Part shown: positions 61,595-64,000 of the stretch, piece after piece
How positions within the stretch are numbered: the stretch's first letter is position 1
How the letters are laid out: every line of letters begins with the position of its first letter
Assembly (NCBI RefSeq): GCF_018350175.1
Contig: NC_058382.1
Location: 41,106,001-41,170,000 of the forward strand
Reading direction: 5' to 3'
DNA from: Felis catus
Lineage: Eukaryota
DNA length: 64,000 nucleotides
Program-made: the position numbers and the translations under genes
Notes under the pieces: generated by a model
Database searches by the model: none
What the model was told of the DNA's origin: nothing
Seen by the model: only the letters and a program-made list of their open reading frames with translations

Positions 61595-61725
61595 TTTATA
61601 TCATGTGAGACTTGGAGACATGAATTGCTTGTCTAATAGCACACAGCTAGTAAGGTTCTGTGCCCAGCTTTGAACCCAAGTAATTCTGAAATGGAAGTCC
61701 ATCGTTATCTCTATGATGCTAGCTC
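61595..61725 (-). mobile_element. MIR
   Basis: gagacttggagacatgaattgcttgtc...cacacagctagtaagg...ctttgaacccaag. Confidence 0.7.
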
Positions 61726-63919
61726 TCACTGCCCAAAGGACTACAGCCAGAATCCATCTTAACAATTCTGCTAACCGCCTATCCCTTTGCACAGCTTGTC
61801 CCTTTGGCTTCTAAACTGCATATTGATAAAGTATAACAACTGATCAAAGTATAAGGACCACCTGTGATAGTTGAGATACTTATTTCCACATAGAGCCTCT
61901 GGGGTCTTCAATTTTAAGTATCAAAGCAAGACTTCCAGGCATGACACAATGATCTTCCTGAAATGACTAATGCTGCAATGTTGGTATAAACCACTTTGGG
62001 AAACTCCCAAAGCTAAATTACTCTCCTGAGTCAAAGGCCTAACTGCTCTTCTGGAGAGCCTTAATTATAGTTGAGCAACTACTTATTTTCAGTCCTTTGG
62101 GACCAAGTTCACCCAAACCCCTTATTTTTCTAAGATGCAGAAATGTTTCTATGAATGTGATTTTCTCAGTTTGGCTTATTTATTAAATTCAGTATTGTTT
62201 ATTATTTCTCTATTTATTAAAAGAAATATAGCTGTGTACAAACCTGGTGAGGTAGTCATGTGGATGGGAGAAAGCTGTTGTTTGTACAGTATCTAGAACT
62301 GAGGTCGATGGGTAACTGTAAATTTGCTTCCTGCTCGATGTCCTAGGGAAGGCGCAGGACAGACACGGATTCCAAGGAACTGAGCTGGAATTCCAGTCCA
62401 GATGCTCATCAGCTGCTGAGTGTCCTCAAACCGAAACTAGAGACTTGGCAGAAGTTAGCTTCAAAGGAACAGAGATCAAATGTTGCACCCCATGCACACT
62501 TACGGATAGATACCTGATTGGCCCTTGGAGGTCAAGTTTTCCGTAGAAGAGGGGAAGCATATAATGTGAGTTCTGGGCAAATCTATGACAGGTTGAGGCC
62601 AAACAGGGAGAAGAGACGGTCCCACTCACAAAGTGGGGCCCCTGGTCCCACTCACAAAGTTTTCGCAAGCAGGCTCATTGTCACTGGTTCTGTTTCCTTT
62701 TGATCTGTCTTAAAGGCACCATTAAGCATTTAAAATTTACTAACTGGCAGCCATTTTTCAGCACTATTTCCCTCAAGGCTGTAAGCTCCACAGGGACAGA
62801 GAGTAAATCTGCTTTGTTCCTTGCCATGCCCCAAACTTACTTCATGCTTGGCAGCTGGCAGGTATGTCCTAGAGGTAATGGTTATGGTTATTACTGAAGG
62901 CATTTCTATTTTCCATATTCATATTTCTATAATGGACTCAGATAATTTTCCAGAATCACTGCACTCTACCATCTTGGCTCCTTTGTTTGCATTTGTTTGC
63001 GTCTTATTGCTGCTTTTCAGTTTTTACTCATTTTTGTCTCACGGTTCTTAATTTCTATGAGCACCTGATTCTCTTTTCCTATCCCATACTTCACATCACC
63101 CTCCTTGACTACCTTTATGTCCTTGCACAAGAAACGCCATGTCTGAGCCTCATTTTCCGGATGCTGGGTTTCTGGGTGGCTGTCTAAGAAAATGCGTGTA
63201 AATTATCCAGCACGCTATTCGAGATGTGTTTATTCACTGCTGCACTAAAAACCTCCTGACTAATTGTGTGTTCGGTAAACTCTTCTGATGGAATGAGAGC
63301 TGTAGTTACCCTTCCCTCAGCCTGGAGAAATGGAGCCGGGAGAAATAAACCTGTGGGTTACGACTCGCTGTAGAATTTTCCTGGGCTGTTTATAATGGTG
63401 ATTTCTAGAAATGAGGAGTTGCTCTGAGCACAAAGCAAAGTAGCGATGTGTACATCCTGAAGTCCACCTGTACTCATTTACAACCGAGCAATAAATGTCA
63501 TTTGCACTTAAGAACAGAAGAACAGTGCAAAGCTGAAATTTATTTCACTGAGAAAGAGTAAAAAAAAAAAAAAAAAAAAAAGATATTTGGACAGACGCAG
63601 GCATAAGCAAAACCTCATGTTCCCAGTGGCCATGACGCGATGTGATTCATAAGGTCAAATTTTACAATTACAAATTTTGCATAAGTCACTCCTTTGGCTT
63701 GGAAGATAATTCTTTCTGAGATGTGTTCTCTCTTCTACCCTAGCTCTAGGTGGCCTGTCACACTCTTTAGGTGCAACATTGCAATTCAGCAGTGTAAGAG
63801 ATTCTAAATTTGAAATAAGCTTTGGCAGAATTAAATGTGCCCTAGCTAACTCCAAATCAAAGTTGGTTTTCCATTGCCCCTTTCTGATATTTGCCACTTT
63901 ATAGGGAAATGAATGTGTG

Positions 63920-64000
63920 AATGACTAAACTCATCTATATACTGCAAAATGGGCTAACCTCACCTACCTACATATCTGAACATAAAAATAGATACCCTTA
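63920..64000 (+). mobile_element. MIR core fragment (runs off the window end)
   Basis: aaactcatctatatactgcaaaatgggctaacctcacctacctac. Confidence 0.45.

Noticed and set aside
63490-63580. AATAAA plus A21 as a processed-pseudogene tail
   Set aside because: The spacing of about 65 nt is too long, and there is no TSD or upstream coding remnant.
1-64000. All ORFs in the supplied six-frame track as protein-coding genes
   Set aside because: All are 190 aa or shorter. The longest mostly span N gaps, SINEs or microsatellites, and many use non-ATG starts. There is no recognisable host-protein domain and no chain of frame-compatible exons.
1-64000. tRNA genes, CRISPR arrays or prokaryotic systems
   Set aside because: tRNA-like heads with A/B boxes all belong to Can-SINEs and are followed by CT linkers and A tails. 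There are no regularly spaced repeat-spacer arrays, and the DNA is mammalian.

Overview
This is non-coding, repeat-rich mammalian DNA from a felid. The evidence is 12 tRNA-derived Can-SINEs with the felid SINEC_Fc-type body, two of them near-pristine copies of the youngest small-cat-type subfamily. It is a draft assembly with 8 short N gaps totalling 1552 nt. I find no supportable protein-coding exon, RNA gene or CRISPR array. The listed ORFs are short, often start at TTG/GTG/CTG, and run through repeats or Ns. The window is a layered transposon record: ancient L3/CR1, L2 and MIR; ERVL/MaLR solo LTRs (MLT1, MLT2, LTR16); hAT MITEs (MER58B, MER5A); L1MB and carnivore L1 3' ends; and Can-SINEs, most with readable target-site duplications. 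Repeat families were recognised by eye from remembered Repbase/Dfam consensus features, not by alignment, so subfamily names and old-element boundaries (roughly +/-30 bp) are approximate. I cannot claim a new biological system. The best leads are: (i) a very young, probably dimorphic SINE forming a ~97%-identical inverted pair inside a 47-53 kb SINE and (GT)n cluster; (ii) a transposon-poor 31.3-32.7 kb segment carrying a perfect POU MORE palindrome and an ETS/IRF/AP-1 motif cluster; (iii) two L3/CR1 relics; (iv) several orphan splice-site sets on the + strand, including a 9-nt microexon candidate.
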